From Mobula birostris (taxonomy: Eukaryota), in assembly GCF_030028105.1 (NCBI RefSeq), contig NC_092374.1, positions 90,238,491 to 90,302,490 of the forward strand: 64,000 nucleotides of DNA, read 5' to 3'. The position numbers and the translations under genes are program-made. Each line of letters opens with the position of its first letter. Position 1 is the first letter of the stretch. This document shows, one piece after another, positions 36,150 to 49,077 of this stretch. The notes under the pieces are model-generated. The model worked only from the letters and a program-made list of their open reading frames with translations. It had not been told where the DNA came from and made no database searches.

Positions 36150-39100
36150 AGAAACCATCATGGGAAGCATATATAGGCCTCTAAATAATACCCAAGATGT
36201 GGTGTTGAGATTGGAAAGGGCATGTAATAATGGTAATATCAGAATTGTAATGGAGAACTTCAATACGCAAGGGGAATTAGAAAATCAATTTGGTGTCGGT
36301 TCGCAAGAGAGGGAATTTCTTGAATGCCTTCGAGATGTGTTTTTTGTTTGGAGCAGTTTGTGTGCTAGCCAACTTGGGGAAAGGCTTTCCTAGATTGAAT
36401 GTTGTGTAATAAACCGGATCTTATTAGTCAGCTTAACGTAAATGATCCCCTGGGAGGCAGCGACGATACCGCAATTTGAGAGGGAGATGCCAAAGTCACG
36501 TGTATCAGTATCACAATGGAATAAAGGGAATTACAGAGGCGTGAGAGAGCTGCTTTCCCGGGGGGATTGGAGGGGGATACTGGCGGAGCTGACAGCAGAA
36601 CAGGGGCTGTTGAAGTTTCTAGGAATACTTCACAATGCCTATGATAGATACGTCCCACAGGAAAAGTTGTCCCCAAACGGCAGTGCAAGGCAACAGTGGC
36701 TGGAAAGGGAAGTTAAGCACTGCATAAATATCAAGGAAAAGTTAAAGGTAGCAGAAGTGAGTGAGAAGTTGGATGATTGGGAAGATTTTAAAATCCAACA
36801 GAAGGCAACTAAAAAAGATTTTTGAAGGGAAAAGATTAAATATGAGGGTGAACATGCCAATAATATAAAGCAGGATACTAAAAGTTTTTTTTTAGGTGTA
36901 TAAAGAATTAGAGAGATGTCAGAGTATTGGACCAGTGGAAAATGATGCTGATGAAATAGTAATGGGGGACAAAGAAATGGCAGGCAAACTAAATGGGTAC
37001 TTTGCATCAGTCTTCACTGTGGAAGACACTAGCAGTGTTCCAGAGGTCCGTGAGTGTCAGGGACTGGGAATGAGTGCCATTGCTATTACAAAGAATCAAA
37101 GGAGAAAAGTGCTCGGTAAACTCAAAGGTCTTAAGGTGGATAAGTCATCTGGGGCAGATGGACTACATCCCAGATTAATGTGAGAGTTTGCTGAGGAGGT
37201 GGTGGATGCATTGGTGATGATCTTGCCAGACATATTTGTTAGAATTCTTTGAGGAAGTAACAAGCAAGGTGGACAAAGGAAAGGCAGTGGAAGTCATTTA
37301 CTTAGATGTTCATAAGGCATTTGATTAAGTCCCTCACATGAAGCTGCTTAACAAGTTTAACTATGGTGCTACAGGAAGATACTGGCATCGATAGACGAAT
37401 GGCTGGCAGGCAGGGTGCAGTGAGTGGCGATAAAGAAGGTATTTTCTGGTTGGCTGCCTGTGACTAGTGGTGATCCTCAGGGTTCCATATTAGGATTGCT
37501 ACTTTTCAAACCGTTTATCAATGATTTAGATAGTAAATTGATGGCTTTCCAGAAAAGTTTGTGGATGATACTAAGATAGCTGGAGGGGTAAGTAGGGCTG
37601 TGAAAACAAAGCAATTGCAGCAGTTATTAGACAGATTGGAAGAATGGGCAAAGATGAGGCAGATGGGATTTTGTGTTTGGAAATGTACGATATTGCATTT
37701 TGGGAAAATGAATAATATTGCAGACTATTATCTAAATGGGGAGGAAACATCAGAGGTACTAATGAACACGAGTCCTCATGCAAGACTTCCAGAAATTTAA
37801 TTCTGTGGTCAAAAAGACAAATACAACGTGCCATTTATTTAAAGGGTAATATAACATAAAACAAGCAGATAATGCTGAAACTTTATAAGACACTCGTCAG
37901 GCCTCACTTGGAGTATTGTCAACAGTCTTGGGCCCATTATCTCATAAAGAATGCATTTTCAGTGGCGAGAGTCCATACGAGGTTCACAAGGATGATTCCT
38001 GGAAGGAAGGAGTTAATGTATGAGGAAGGTTTGACAGCTTTGGGCCCGTATTCACTGGAATTTTGAAAAATGCATGGGAATCTCATTGAAACCTACTGAA
38101 TGTTGAAAGTACTTGATAGGTGAATGTGGAGAGGATCTACCCTCTAGTGAGGGTATCCAGAACTAGAGGGCACAGCCTTACCATTGAGTGGCAACCTTTC
38201 ACAACAAATGTAAGGAGGAATTTTTCTCAGCCAAAGAATGGTGAATCTGTGGAATGCTCTGTCAAAGACTGTGATAGAGGCTATGTCCATGGGTATATTT
38301 AAAGTGGAAGTTGGTAGATTCCGGTTTGGTCAGGGCATCAAGGGATATCGTGAGAGGGCAGGTGTATGGTGTTGAATGGGATCTGGATCAGCCAGGATGA
38401 AATGGCAAAGTGGACTCAATGGGCTGAATGGCCTAACTCTGCTCTGATATCTTATGATCATATGGTACCAGCATCTGTACGAAGTGCACTGATCAGGAAT
38501 TGCTGCCGTATATGTTGCTTGAATGCAGTTCCTAAGAGGACGGAAGAAAACTTCAAATTGCTAAATTGAAATTCTTGTGACAGAGGAGATTAACCGGGAA
38601 TCTTATTAGGATATGACTCCTATCATATCATGCATATAAATGTGCATTTTACTTTCTGAAAAGCATTAGACTTCTTGATATTACTTGAGATATTTGGGGG
38701 GGGGGGAGGGTATAATGGATTTCATACTTGTACTTCCTGTCTCTTTGTTTTACACTCTTATTCAGCAGGTGGCAGTAATGTGCCTTATTTTGCTCTGTCA
38801 CCACCATTAAACTTTACAAGATGAAGTAGAAGAATAAGAATAATGACCATTGCGGGAGCTTGCAAGATGCTGCCAGTACGCTGGAAGTTCAAGAGTTTCG
38901 GGGGCAGTGGTTAGTGAATTTGCCGTTACTAGGGAGAAATTTCCTGGGGTAACAGAAAGCTCTGAAGTGAGATAAGTCACCTGGACCAGATGATCTTCAC
39001 CCCAGTGTTCTGAAAGAGTTGGCTGAAGAGATTGGGGAGGCTTAGTAATGATCTTACAAGAATCAATGGAATCTGGCAAGGTACCATTGGACTTGAAGTT

Positions 39101-41780
39101 TGCAAGTATCTCTCCACTCTTCAAAAAGGGAGAAAGACAAAAGAAAGAAAATTATTGGCAAGTTAGTCTGACTTCAGTGATTGGGAAGATGTTGGAGACA
39201 ATTATTAAAGTTATGGTTTTAGAGAATGTGACGCCACATGATGTAATAGGACAAAGTTAGCATGGTTCTACTTCAGGGTAAATCTTGCCTGTTTGAATTC
39301 TTGAGAAAACAACAAGCACGATAAACAAAGGAGAATCAATGGATGTTGAGTACTTTGATTTTAAGAAAGCCTTTCTCAAGGTGCATACATGAGATTGCTT
39401 AGCAATTTCAGAATCGATGGTATTACAGGAAGGATACTAGCATGGATGAAACATTGGCTGATGGGCCAAAGGCAAATATTGGGAATAAAAGGAGCCTTTT
39501 AAGTTGGTTGCCTGGAGATGAGTGGCATTCCACAGGGGTGTGTGTTGGAATGACTTCTTTTTACACTAAAGATCAATGATTTGGATGACAGAAATGCTGA
39601 ATTTGTGCCAAAGTTTGTTAAAAAGACAGCTGAAGGGACAGGCAGCTTTGAGGAAGCAGAGATGCTATGACATTTTAGATAGACTAGGAGAATGGGCAAA
39701 GTAGTGGCTGATAGAATATGGTGTCAGGAAGTGTGTGGTCAAGCACTTTGCTCGATGAAATAAAAGCAGAGATTTTTTAGCTGATCAGAAAAGTCAAAGT
39801 TCTGAGCAGCAAAGGGACCTGGGAATCCTCGTGCAGGATTCCGTAAAGGCTAATTTGCACATTCATCTGTGTGAGAAAGGCAAATGCAATGCTAGCATTC
39901 TTTTCAGAATAGAAAAGGAAAGATGTAATATTGAGGATTAATGTTGAAGAACTTCTTGTGTGCACAGATAAAATGAAAAAGTTGCTCACAGCAAAATAAC
40001 ACACGCAGCATCAGATAAGCAGCATGCACATGCAAAACTTTTATTATACACAAATTGTATACAATTCATTAGAAAGTGAAGTCTATTTCAGTGCAAAGTC
40101 ACAGTTGTCAAAATGTCGCTGAGCTCTGGTGATGAGGATTGTGCCGGTTGGTTCAGGAACCTAATGGTTAAATGGAAGTACGTCTTCTTTAACTCGGTGG
40201 TATAGGACTTCAGGCTTCTGTACCTCCTGTCTGTGTGCAGATGGCATGTCCTGGATGCTGTGGATATTCAATGATGGATGTTGCCTTCTTGAAGTTGCCA
40301 ACTTTACCGAGGGTGTGGCGGGACGGGGCTGTGATGTACAGAATGATATCGCACGATAGACAGGTGGGGCGAGGCAAGGACGATGAACTGAAAGGTGGAA
40401 GCTGAAGCTAGGTGGGTGGAAAAGGTAAAGGGCTGGAGAGGTAGTAACCTGATAGGAGATGACAATGGACCATGGGAGAAGGGGTAGGAGGAGAGGCACG
40501 GGGGGACTTGATTGGCAGGTGTGTAGAAGGGGTAGGTGGCCACAGTGGGGAATAGAAGAGGGAAAAGGGAGAGAAAAAAATTACCATTTGGAGAAATCGT
40601 TCTCCATGCCATCAGCTAAGAAGCTCCCTAGACTGAATATGAGGTGTTGCTCCTCCATCCTGAGTGTGGCCTCATCATAGCGAATGTGGAGATAGTTGGA
40701 AGTGGAATGGGGATAGGAATTAGAATGGTTAAACACAGATGGAGTGGAGTTGCTGGTGAAAATGGTTGGCAAAATTAACCCCCGGTCTCACCACGATGTT
40801 GATAAGGTTGCACTGAGTAGAAGAGCCCAGCAGACTTGCAGGTGAAGTGTGGTCTCAACTGTAAGGACTACTTGGGGCCCTGACTCAATGCTGGACAGGA
40901 AGTTGAATTGGCAAATTCAGCACTTCTTTCACATGCAGGGTATGAGCCAGGAGGGCAGGAGCGAGATGAATACGGAGAGTGGAATAGACAGGAAGTTATG
41001 GAAGGAGTGTGCACTGCAAAGCATGGAGGGTGAGGAGATAAAGATGCATAATTCAGCAGGATCCCTTTGAAGATGGTGGAAGCTGTGGAGAACTTTCTGT
41101 TGGATGTGGAGGTGAATGTGGTGAGAAGTGAGGACATGTGGAACTCTATCCAAGCTAAAACTACTGGAAGATGGTGCAAGTACGGACATACAGGAAATCG
41201 AGGAGATGTGGGTGTTAGAAACATCATCTCAAACCCACTTCGAGAATGAAGACATCCCCGGTGTTCTGGAAAGGAGAGCTTCATCCTGGGAAAAGGTGCA
41301 GTGGACAAAGTGCAGATGGTATAGACGAAGGAACTGAGGAAAGGGAATAGCATTTCTACATGAGACCACGTGGTAAGAGCTGAACTCCAAACTAATGGCA
41401 TGAACATCAATTTCTCCTTTCAGTATTTTCCCTCTATTCCTCACTCTGGCCTCTTACCCCTTCTCCTAACGAGTCCAATCATCTCCCTCTGGTGCACCCC
41501 TTCTTCCCTATCCCTCATGGTCCACACTCCTCTCCTATATCAGATTCCTTGTTCTCCAGCCCTCTAAGTTTTGTACCCTTCTGGCCTCAACTATCACCTT
41601 CCAACTAGTCCTCTTTCCCATCCCCCACCTTTTTATTCTGGCCACATCCCCTTCCTCCCCAGTGCAGAAGAAGTGTTTCAGCCTGAAATTGTAACTGTGT
41701 ATTCATTTCGATTGATGCATCTTGACTCGCAGAGCTCCTCCAACATTCTGTGCGTGTTCTTCTGGATTTCCAGCAACCTT
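36150..41780. mobile_element. Shared intergenic scaffold of unit 3: degenerate CR1s, spacer, Rex1 3' piece, Penelope-like piece
   Basis: CR1 ORF remnants 36160-38302 and 39048-39260; PLE remnant 40868-41410; colinear with units 1 and 2. Confidence 0.78.
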
Positions 41781-42153
41781 CAATGCCCTGTGTTTATGGC
41801 ATTGCGCTATTAATATATTCAGCAACAAAACTAAAGAGGAAACAGTTCAAAATAAATGCCAACACCATTAAACAGTATTGGTCATTCAAGCTATGAAAAT
41901 ATCCCACGTATTTGGAAACTAGTTCTGGGTTTTTTTTTTACACGGATAACAATGAGATGTTGCATAGAAACTGTACATACTTGGAAGAGATACGATCACA
42001 GGGATGCTAAGATTGGCCTCTGTCCCTATCGCTTCCATCTCTGTCACTGTGACGTGATCTCATGTGGCATTGTTGAGTGATCTCCATTTCACCCGGTGCC
42101 CAGACGACCAGGGTTACACCGTCTGTCCCGACACTGTCTGGGAGAATTCATTC

Positions 42154-42206
42154 TCAGAGCTGAGTCTCCTGGAGTGTCTCCTTGTTCACTCTCTGAGTGT
42201 TGGCAT
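42154..42206 (-). CDS. Terminal cytoplasmic exon, copy 3 (DANTQRVNKETLQETQL*)
   Basis: Acceptor ctatctgcctgtttccag, 53 nt, phase 1; lies downstream of the gene D TM exon. Confidence 0.68.
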
Positions 42207-42919
42207 CTGGAAACAGGCAGATAGATTCTTAATTGTGAACTCAACTGGCAGAGATGGTGCGACTGGTAGTCAGGACATCTGCTTATCCAAGTAGGTGACA
42301 GCAGAATAGTATTGTGAAAAATTCTTAGGCTCATACATGTACTGCAGCTAGGACGCCTGAGACTTTTGCATAGTACTGTGTTTGTCAACATGGAGCGGAG
42401 TGGGAGTTTGTAAATCTACGGGCAGCGAAGGATGTGTGGAATATTGAGAGTGGAGCGTTGTAGGAGGGACACAGTACAGGTGGCAGAGGAGGAGTGCTGG
42501 GGTAGCACTGGTGCAGACACACCCAGCCCTGAGACACCAGGCAAGGTCAAGTCCGATTCCAGACAATTGCTTTATTGATCATTATGGAATGTCTCTCTGC
42601 TGCTTCCAGATCTTTCCCCTCTGCCTTCCCCTTTTCCCAACAATAATTCCCCTCTCCCTGCCCCCTTCTCACTCTTGGTCCACATTAGAATCTAATAGTA
42701 GAATCAGGCATATCATCACTCACTTATATCATGAAATGTGTTTTATTTCTTGGCACAGTAGAGTATAATACATAAAATTACTACAGTACTGTGCAAAAGC
42801 CTCAGGCACAATACTGTACACCGAGTGTTGATGAACAGACGGACGTGGTGAGCAATGGTCTGTACCCATCTCTGTGGTGCTGGGAATATGCTGCTGAGCA
42901 GCACCCCAGAGAACACAGA

Positions 42920-45900
42920 GCAGAGTCGTTGGCTGGAGTACTGTGCAGACGTGACAGGAGCACTCCTGCACTGGTCCAACGAAGATTTTCGACGGGAAAC
43001 CCAGTCTCTACAAAGGAGAGGTACCACCTCGCCAAGCAGTCATCGTGTGAGCAGTGAGTCAGAGTTGAAGGCTTTGGCCCAAATGAAGCTTGGCAAGAAC
43101 AAGTGGAGTCGAGGTAACTTCATTCCTTATTCAATTCTAGACAAGGGGTATATCTACAGAGCCAGTGTCTTGTTTTGACTATCAGATGTGGGATTTCCAG
43201 GAAACTTCCTGCCTCCCCACATCTGTGCAGATGCATCGAGATGCAACTCCTTAGACACAGTGTTGGGGATCTGGAGCTACAGCTCAATGACCTTCAGCTT
43301 GTTGGGGAAAGTGAAGCAGTGATAGACAGAAGCTACAGGGATGTAGTCCCCATTTTGAGTACCCCATTTTGAATACTGTTGGGGGAGGGAGGGAATGACC
43401 TAGCTGGGGGGAAAACAACCACGGCTGTGCCTCTGGCACTGAGTTGGGCCCTGTGGGTCAGAAGGGTAGGGAACTGAAGAGGCTGGCAGCAGTAATAAGG
43501 GACTCTATAGTCAGGGGGACAGATAGATGATTCCGTGGACGCGAAAAGGAAACACATATTGTAATTTGCCTCCCAGGTGCCAGGGTCTGAGATGTTTCTG
43601 GACGTGCCCACAATAACTTGAAAAGGGGTGGGGGGTGAGCAGCCGGAAGTCGTGGTACATATTGGTACAAACAACATGGGAAGAGAAACGGAGGACCAGG
43701 AAGGAAGCTGGGAAGCAGGAACTCAAGGGTAGTAATCTCTGGATTGCTGCCTGTGCCACCGACGGTGAGGATAGGAATAGAATGAGGTGGCAGACAAAAG
43801 CATGACTGAAGAATTTGAGCAGGAGCAGGGGTTTAAATTTTTGGATAATGGGACCTCCTCTGGGGCAGGTGGGACCTGTACAACAGGGATATGTTGAACT
43901 TGAATCGAAGGGGGGCAATTATTCTGGCGAGACTGACAAGAGCTGTTGAGAGCAGTTTACACTAATATGGCAGGATGATGGCCACCAGGATGATAGAGCT
44001 GAGGATGAGCCATCAGGTTTACAAGTAGATGATGGGTGTAAGTTGAATGTAAGGAAGGACAAGCCAACGATTGACTACAAATGCAGACAGAGCGAGGAGT
44101 TAAATTGTACCACAGAAGCAAAGTTCAAAAGGGTGAAGAATCCAGGACTGAGGCTGTTGTATTTAAATGCCCATCGCATTCAGAATAAGGTGCAGGAACT
44201 CGTGGCACAATTAGAGAATGGTCAGTTTGACATTGTGGGCATAACTAAGTCGTGGCTGAAAGAAGGCCATAGCTGGGAGCTTAACATCCAGGGATATACT
44301 TTATATCGAAAGGCATAAAGGCATAGAAGGGCAGGAAGGTATAGGCAGTGGTGTGGCTCTGTTGGAAAGATATAGATTTACATCTTTAGAAAGAGATGAC
44401 ATAGGGTCAGAGAATGTTGAATCCTTGTGGGTGGAGTTAAGAAATTGAAAGGGTATAAAAAGCATTAGGGAAATCATATATAGGCCTCCAAATAGTAGCC
44501 AGGATGTGGGATTGAGATTGCAAAGGGATTGCGAAAAGGCATGTAATGAGCGTAATGATACAATTGTAATGGGGGACTTCAATATGCAAGTGGATTGGGA
44601 AAATCAGAATGGTGTTTGGATCACAAGAGAGGGAATGTGTTCACTCGCCACATGCTGGAGGAACTCAGCAGGTCAGGCAGCATCCGTGGAAACGATCAGT
44701 CAACGTTTTTGGCCGGAACCCTTCATCAGGACTGAAGAGGGAAGGGGCAGGGGCCCTATAAAGAAGGTGGTGGGAGGGTGGGAAGGAGAAGGCTGGAAGG
44801 TTCCAGGTGAAAAACCAGTAAGGGGAAAGATAAAGGGGTGGGGGGTGGGGAAGCAGGGAGGGGATAGGCAGGAAAGGTGAAGAAGGAATAGGGGAAAGCG
44901 CAATAGGTAGTAGAAGGAGGCAGAAGGCTACCTAGACAGTATATGAGGTGTTGCTCCTCCAACCTGAGTTTAGTCTCATCATGGCAGTAGAGGAGGCCAT
45001 GTATGGACATATCCGAATGGGAATGTGAAGCAGAGTTGAATTGGGTGGCAACCGGGAGATCCTGTCTGTTGTGGCAGACAGAGCGCAGGTGCTCGACGAA
45101 GCAGTCCCCCAATTTGCGTTGGGTTTCACCGATGTAGAGAAGGGAGCACCGAATGCCATAGATGACCACAACAGACTCACAAGTGAAATGTTGCTTCACC
45201 TGGAAGGACTGTTTGGGGCCCTGAATGGTGGCAAGAGAGGAGGTGTAGGGACAGGTGTAGCACTTACGCTTACAGGGATAAGTGCCAGGTGGCAGATCCG
45301 TGGGGAGGGACGTGTGGACCAGGGAGTCGCAGAGGAAACAATCCCTGCAGAAAACGGAGAGGGGTGGAGAGGGAAAGATGTGCTTAGTGGTGGGGTCCTG
45401 TTGAAGGTGGTGGAACTTGCGAAGGATAATGTGCTGGATTCGGAGGCTGGTGGGGTGGTAGGTGATGACAAGGGGAACTCTGTCCCTGTTGTGATGGCAG
45501 GAGACTGGGGTGAGAGCCGAAGTGAGGGAAATGGAGGAGATGCGGGTGAGGGCATCGTTGATGATGGTAGAAGGGAAACCACGATCCTTATAGAAAGAGG
45601 ACATTTGAGATGTCCTGGAATGGAAAGCCTCATCCTGGGAGCAGATGTGGTGGAGACAGAAGAAATGGGAATAGGGAATGGCATTTTTGCATGTGGCAGG
45701 GTGGGAAGAGGTATAGTCGAGGTTGTTATGAGAGTCAGTGGGCTTATAGAAGATGTCAGTGGACAGTTTGTCTCCAGAGATGGAGACTGAGAGATTGAGA
45801 AAGGGGAGAGAAGTGTCAGAGATAGACCAAGTGAATTTGAGGGTTGGGTGGAAGTTTGAAGTAGAGTCGATGAAATTGACGAGCTTAGCATGGGTGCAGG

Positions 45901-46930
45901 AAGCAGCACCAATGTAGTCGTCAATGTAGCGAAGGAAAAGTTGGGGAGCAGTACCAGCAGAGGTTTGGAGCACAGACTGTTCCACATAACCAACAAAGAG
46001 GCAGCCACAGCTGGGGCCCATGCGAGTGCCCATAGCTACACCCTTGTGTTCAATGCCTACGAGGTGGCTTTTTAGAGCAGCTTGAGCTTAAGCTTACTCG
46101 GGGAAAGGCTATCTTAGATTGGGTGTTGTGTATTAACCCAGATCTTATTAAGCAGCTTAACGTAAAGGAACCCTAAGAAGGCAGTGATCATAATATGATT
46201 GAATTCAATTTCAGTGGGAGGAGCATAACACATGTATCAGTATCGCAATGGAATAAAGGGAATCACAGAGGAATGAGAGAGGAGCTTGCCCAGCTGGATT
46301 GGGGGAGGATACTGGCAGGGCTGAAAGCAGAGCGGAGATGGGTGAAGTTTCTGGGAATGATTCGGAAGGTGCAGGAGAGACATGCCCCACAGACGTTCTC
46401 ACATGGCAGGGGTAGTCAGCCTTGGCTGACAAGAAAACTTAAAAACTGCATAAAAGGCAAGGAAAGGACATATAAGCTAGCAAAGGTGAGTGGAAAGTTG
46501 GATGATTGGGAAGCTTTTAAAATCCAACATAAGTCAAAGTCATCAGGGAAAAGATTAAATATGAGGGCAGAGTATCCATAATAGGGAGAAAATTCAAACA
46601 AAAGAGTTGCAAACGGACCTAGGGGTCCTCATGCATTACACCCAGAAGGTTAATTCTCTGGTAAAGAAGGCAAGTGCAATGTTGGCACTTATTTGAAGGA
46701 GGTAATGGTGAAGCTTAAGAAGACACTAGTCAGGTGGCACTTGGACTACTGACAACAGTTTTGAGCCCCATATCTCAGAAAGGGTGTGCTGTCAAAGGAA
46801 AGAATCCAGAGGAGGTTCATGGGGATAATTCTGAGAATGGAAGTGTTAACACATGAGGAGTGTTTGGCAGATTTGGGCCTATACTCACTGGGATTTAGAA
46901 GACTTCATGGGGATCTCATTGAAACCTACA
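42920..46930 (+). mobile_element. Older CR1, 5' part (paralog of 22260-28690), interrupted by a Penelope-like element and truncated at about 46930
   Basis: Colinear with 22260-22720 plus 25210 onward; endonuclease remnants 44043-44640. Confidence 0.82.
44644..46044 (-). mobile_element. Penelope-like retroelement, 5'-truncated (RT C-terminal part plus GIY-YIG)
   Basis: ORF 44756-46033 with MGTRMGPS, RYIDD and VIYGIRC..LYIGET; tgtgttca duplicated at 44636-44643 and 46045-46052. Confidence 0.92.
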
Positions 46931-48595
46931 GTGGTTTAATTAAGTCGGGCATTCGTAACTCGTATGTATTTCAATAATTAAACGACTGCGTTGCTTAGTA
47001 ATAATTGTAGCTTTCATCGGGGCAGGGCCTCTCGTAAGTTCCATTACAGGGTGTCCCCGCGTTGCGAACATCCGACATACAAACAACTCGTACTTACGAA
47101 CGGCCTGCCATTAAGCCTATTATATTAAAAAATCGTCAACTCGAGGAAGGAGAACGCCGTCCGGTATTTTAAGTCGGATTACGTTGCCGTTAACACTGTG
47201 TTGAGTGTGTTTCTTTGTATTTGATTTAAAATTTTCTTAGCAAGATTCACCCTGACCCCCCCCCACCTTTTCCAGTCAGCACCGCCCCCACTTGTCCTTT
47301 TTCAGCGGTCCACAACCATCGGCACGCAAGGGAGCGATATGATTTGGCGATATGAGACAGCTGCACCTTTCCTCATTCCCTGTCACGGCCACTGTTGAGC
47401 CATTACGCATGCGAGGTCATTACCCGCGCGTCATCCATGTCAGCGTGGGAAGGAGATCAACTCCTCCAGCTTGCAAATGACGCCGGGCTGAAAAGTATGT
47501 TTGACATAACATCTCTGCCGGCATTCTGGATCAAAGTCAAGGCTAAAAATCCTGAGATAGCCACGAAAGCACTGAAAATGTTCCTTCCAGTTCCAATTTA
47601 TCTCTGCAATGAATGCAACGAAAACTAAATTGTGGAATAGACTGGACATAAGGAACCCCGTTCACCTATCGCTGTCTCCCGTCAGCCTTCGATAGGACCG
47701 TCCTGTTGCAGGAAAACAAGCCCAGGGCTCCCACTGATTCAGTGATATTGGTGCGTTGCAATGATTTTATATGTTCATACGGGGAAAATATGTGCTGTGT
47801 GTTTAATATCCAAACGTTACTTAAAATGTTATGATGCTATTGACTTATATAACCATATAACAAATACACCACGGAAACAGGCCATCTCTGCCCTTCTAGT
47901 CCGTGACGAACACTACTCTCACCTAGTCCCACCGACCTGCACTCAGCCCATAACCCTCCATTCCTTCCCTGTCCATATACCTATCCAATTTTTCTTTAAA
48001 TGAAAAAATCGAACCTGCCTCTACCACTTCTACTGGAAGTTCGTTCAACACTTACTTCAAGCTCCCCTGTCCTCTCCTGATAATTGACGTATCACTATAT
48101 TCATGCGAGGAAAATATGCGCTGTGTGTTTAATATTAAATTCGTTAGATAAACCCTTTCAGAAAGGAAATTGAGTGTATTAGCCACTTATTACCAATATT
48201 CCGGCCGCCGCGCCGAACAGAATCGCCAAAAACGATTTGTAGAAAAAAATCATACACGCATGCGCACTGGTGCCCGGGCAAGGCTTCATGGTCATTGTAG
48301 TCTATTTAGGGGTAAACCGGATGTATTTGACTGCAAACAACAGGAATTCTGTAGATGCTGGAAATTCAAGCAACACACATAAAAGTTGCTGGTGAACGCA
48401 GCAGGCCAGGCAGCATCTCTAGGAAGAGGTGCAGTCGACGTTTCAGGCCGAGACCCTTCGTCAGGACTAGACTGCTACTCTTGGCCGTGGCAACCCTACC
48501 ACCACCACCCCACCCCTCAACCCCGGTCGGCCGGTCCGCAAGAATATTGTCAATATGAAACCGGTCCGCAGTGCGAAAAAGGTTGGGGACCCCTG
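46930..48595 (+). mobile_element. hAT (Charlie/Buster-like) transposon remnant with nested CR1 tail (about 47860-48040) and PLE tail (about 48330-48470)
   Basis: Peptide LKSMFDITSLPAFWIKVKAKNPEIATKALKMFLP resembles the hAT dimerisation domain; right TIR ggttggggacccctg at 48581-48595 followed by tccTAttt. No matching left TIR found. Confidence 0.72.
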
Positions 48596-48606
48596 TCCTA
48601 TTTTAC

Positions 48607-48711
48607 CTGTCTAAGTTCGGGTGGACTTTAGGACCCGGCGGAACTCAGGACCTGCCGCCCGCGACTGCTGCTGAATCTGCAGTGTTTCTTTGACGGAAAC
48701 ACTGTTCTGTT
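48607..48711 (-). CDS. Gene D putative cytoplasmic exon (EQNSVSVKETLQ...KSTRT*), TAG at 48613-48611 just before a CAG|GTAAAA donor
   Basis: Acceptor ttttccgtcaacag after a 71-nt intron; 105 nt, phase 1 to phase 1; KETLQ motif shared with the ETQL exons. Confidence 0.45.
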
Positions 48712-49014
48712 CTGTTGACGGAAAACGATTCCAGTGAGGGATGGTGGGAAGGATAAGGGTGGGAGTAGGGAGGCCATCTCACCTTGGCAGTCTTTCCTCA
48801 CCAACATCCAGGTAGCAAACAACAGGAGCGGCACCAGCCCAATTAGAAAGAGGTACCACGAGGAGGAAGGCAGTGCCCCTGCAGCTGAAACGAACCAAAA
48901 GACATTCAAATCACCTTAAACACAGTGAGATGTGTCAGAGTAAATCAGAGGGAATAAACTCAACAACTTGTGAGAGACAATGTGCGTGTGGGAACTATTC
49001 CCCCACTGAGGGTC

Positions 49015-49077
<63 letters not shown>

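Noticed and set aside
45041-46008. Long antisense and alternate-frame ORFs (249 aa and 270 aa)
   Set aside because: Shadow frames of the Penelope-like ORF; the same applies to most short ORFs overlapping CR1, Rex1 and microsatellites.
46920-47110. Left terminal inverted repeat and TSD of the hAT element
   Set aside because: cagtggttt at about 46929 does not match the right TIR and the flanking 8-mers differ, so the element cannot be called complete.
48628-48909. 93-aa ORF as an independent small membrane protein
   Set aside because: It is the gene D TM exon read through its flanking introns.
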